NCBI GenBank assembly: GCA_929200405.1 | Contig: CAKMZF010000002.1 | Span: 1-54,848 of the forward strand | DNA length: 54,848 nucleotides | Reading direction: 5' to 3' | Origin: an uncultured Gammaproteobacteria bacterium | GTDB lineage: Bacteria; Pseudomonadota; Gammaproteobacteria; Cardiobacteriales; CAKMZF01 | In this document: piece after piece, positions 53,360 through 54,848 of the stretch | Layout: each line of letters starts with the position of its first letter | How positions within the stretch are numbered: position 1 is the stretch's first letter | Position numbers and translations under genes: made by a program | Notes under the pieces: model-generated | What the model was told of the DNA's origin: nothing | The model's input: only the letters and a program-made list of their open reading frames with translations | Databases searched by the model: none

Positions 53360-54848
53360 ATGAAAAGGTTATTAGTAGCAGGTGCTATTTGTCTATCGAC
53401 TATCAGTGGAATTAGTGCACAAGCACAGGAAGCAGCAATTTTTTCTGGAAATGATCGGGTTCATCCCGTTTATGCCCGCAACGGCATGGTTTCGGCGCAG
53501 GAGGCTATCGCTGCTCAGGTTGGCCTAGAAATACTAAAAGCAGGCGGAAATGCAATAGATGCAGGTGTGGCAGTGGCATTCGCACTTGCTGTTACCCTAC
53601 CTCGTGCAGGCAACCTTGGTGGCGGCGGATTTATGATGGTTTATGATGCAAAAACCGAACAAACAAAAGCGATAGATTATCGAGAGATGGCTCCGTCCTC
53701 TGCAGATAGAGATATGTTTCTAGATGACAAAGGTGATGCCGATAGCCATTTATCTCGTTTTACTGGTTTGGCAGTAGGTGTTCCCGGAACAGTGGCCGGT
53801 ATGCAGATGGCTTTAGAGAAGTTTGGCACAATGAGCTTAGCTGAAACATTACAACCTGCTATTAAATTAGCTAGAGAAGGAATTGCTGTGACTCCGGGGT
53901 TAGCCGACAGTCTTAAAGGATTAGAGAAACGGTTAAAAAAATGGCCTTCTTCAGAAACTATTTTTTATAAGCAAGACGGTGATTTCTACGAGCCAGGCGA
54001 GTCTTTACAGCAGCCTGATCTAGCAAATACGCTGGAAAAAATTGCCAATAAAGGAGTTGATGGTTTTTATAAGGGCAAAGTCGCAGAACAAATTGCCGAT
54101 GCTGTTCAAAGATCCGGTGGGCGTATTACGGTAGAAGATATGGCAAACTATAAACCGGTTTTACGTGACCCTGTAACTGGAAGTTATCGAGGTTACGAAA
54201 TTGTCTCTATGCCCCCACCAAGCTCAGGGGGAGCACATATTGTACAAATTCTGAATATTTTAGAAGGCTATCCTATTGGCTTTTTAGGCCACAATTCAGC
54301 GGATACCATTCATCTAATGGCAGAAGCGATGAAGCAAGCTTATGCAGATCGCTCTGAATATCTAGGAGACAGTGATTTTGTAGACGTACCTATAACAGAG
54401 CTTACCGATAAAAATTATGCTGGCGATATTAGAAATAAAATCAGCCAATACAGAGCAACTCCATCTAAAACCATTAAGCCAGGTAGTTTAGCTCCCTATG
54501 AAAGTAATGAAACAACGCATTTCTCTATAGTAGACAAATGGGGAAATGCAGTTGCTAATACCTATACCATCAACTTCTCCTATGGCTCAGGCATGGTGGC
54601 AGATGGTACCGGTGTATTGATGAACAACGAAATGGATGATTTTTCAGCAAAGCCCGGTGTGCCCAATGGCTATGGCCTGATAGGAGGCGATGCAAATGCA
54701 GTCGCCGCAGGAAAAAGGCCATTATCCTCAATGTCTCCAACCTTTGTAATGAAAGATGGCAAAGTCTTTATGGCAACTGGTAGCCCAGGTGGCTCACGAA
54801 TTATTACCACTACTTTACAGGTTATCATGAATGTTATTGACCACGGTA
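53360..54848 (+). CDS. ggt: Gamma-glutamyltransferase, N-terminal about 496 codons; 3' end lies outside the window
   Basis: This ORF is not in the supplied track because it runs off the window. The ATG at 53360 is preceded by GGAGAG. My own translation gives the signal peptide MKRLLVAGAICLSTISGISAQA, then GGNAIDAGVAVAFALAV, the autoprocessing site NETTHFS and the GSPGGSRIITT motif. Confidence 0.9.
   Translation, partial: MKRLLVAGAICLSTISGISAQAQEAAIFSGNDRVHPVYARNGMVSAQEAIAAQVGLEILKAGGNAIDAGVAVAFALAVTLPRAGNLGGGGFMMVYDAKTEQTKAIDYREMAPSSADRDMFLDDKGDADSHLSRFTGLAVGVPGTVAGMQMALEKFGTMSLAETLQPAIKLAREGIAVTPGLADSLKGLEKRLKKWPSSETIFYKQDGDFYEPGESLQQPDLANTLEKIANKGVDGFYKGKVAEQIADAVQRSGGRITVEDMANYKPVLRDPVTGSYRGYEIVSMPPPSSGGAHIVQILNILEGYPIGFLGHNSADTIHLMAEAMKQAYADRSEYLGDSDFVDVPITELTDKNYAGDIRNKISQYRATPSKTIKPGSLAPYESNETTHFSIVDKWGNAVANTYTINFSYGSGMVADGTGVLMNNEMDDFSAKPGVPNGYGLIGGDANAVAAGKRPLSSMSPTFVMKDGKVFMATGSPGGSRIITTTLQVIMNVIDHG

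Overview
This window looks like ordinary core chromosome of a moderately AT-rich gammaproteobacterium, not an accessory island. The taxon is inferred from classic gamma synteny blocks: ubiE-ubiJ-ubiB; ychF-pth-rplY-prs-tRNA(Gln)-ispE-lolB facing hemA-prfA-prmC; dusB-fis; dapA-bamC; mutL-miaA-hfq-hflX-hflK-hflC-DUF2065-hisZ-purA. I call 54 protein genes (two run off the window ends), one tRNA-Gln(UUG) and several intrinsic-terminator-like hairpins. I found no CRISPR array, transposase, integrase, phage gene, toxin-antitoxin pair, recognisable defence system or long repeat, so I cannot honestly point to a clearly novel multi-gene system. The features most worth follow-up are listed here. (1) A sulfite-reductase module with no CysJ flavoprotein: cysI is translationally coupled to a DUF934 gene and surrounded by cobA, cbiX, fpr and an Alvin-type ferredoxin. 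(2) A lone non-pyrrolysine MttB-family methyltransferase sits between two of the largest non-coding gaps, with no corrinoid partner nearby. (3) A polar-amino-acid ABC operon ends in an AstE/AspA-type zinc hydrolase. (4) Two housekeeping proteins are atypical: a short-LID adenylate kinase, and a Fis with an acidic N-terminal extension and a Lys/Pro-rich tail. (5) A few structured non-coding spacers stand out: mgtE-rubredoxin, hfq-hflX, upstream of hemA and upstream of ggt. All product calls rest on my reading of the translated ORFs and motifs. No database search was run.
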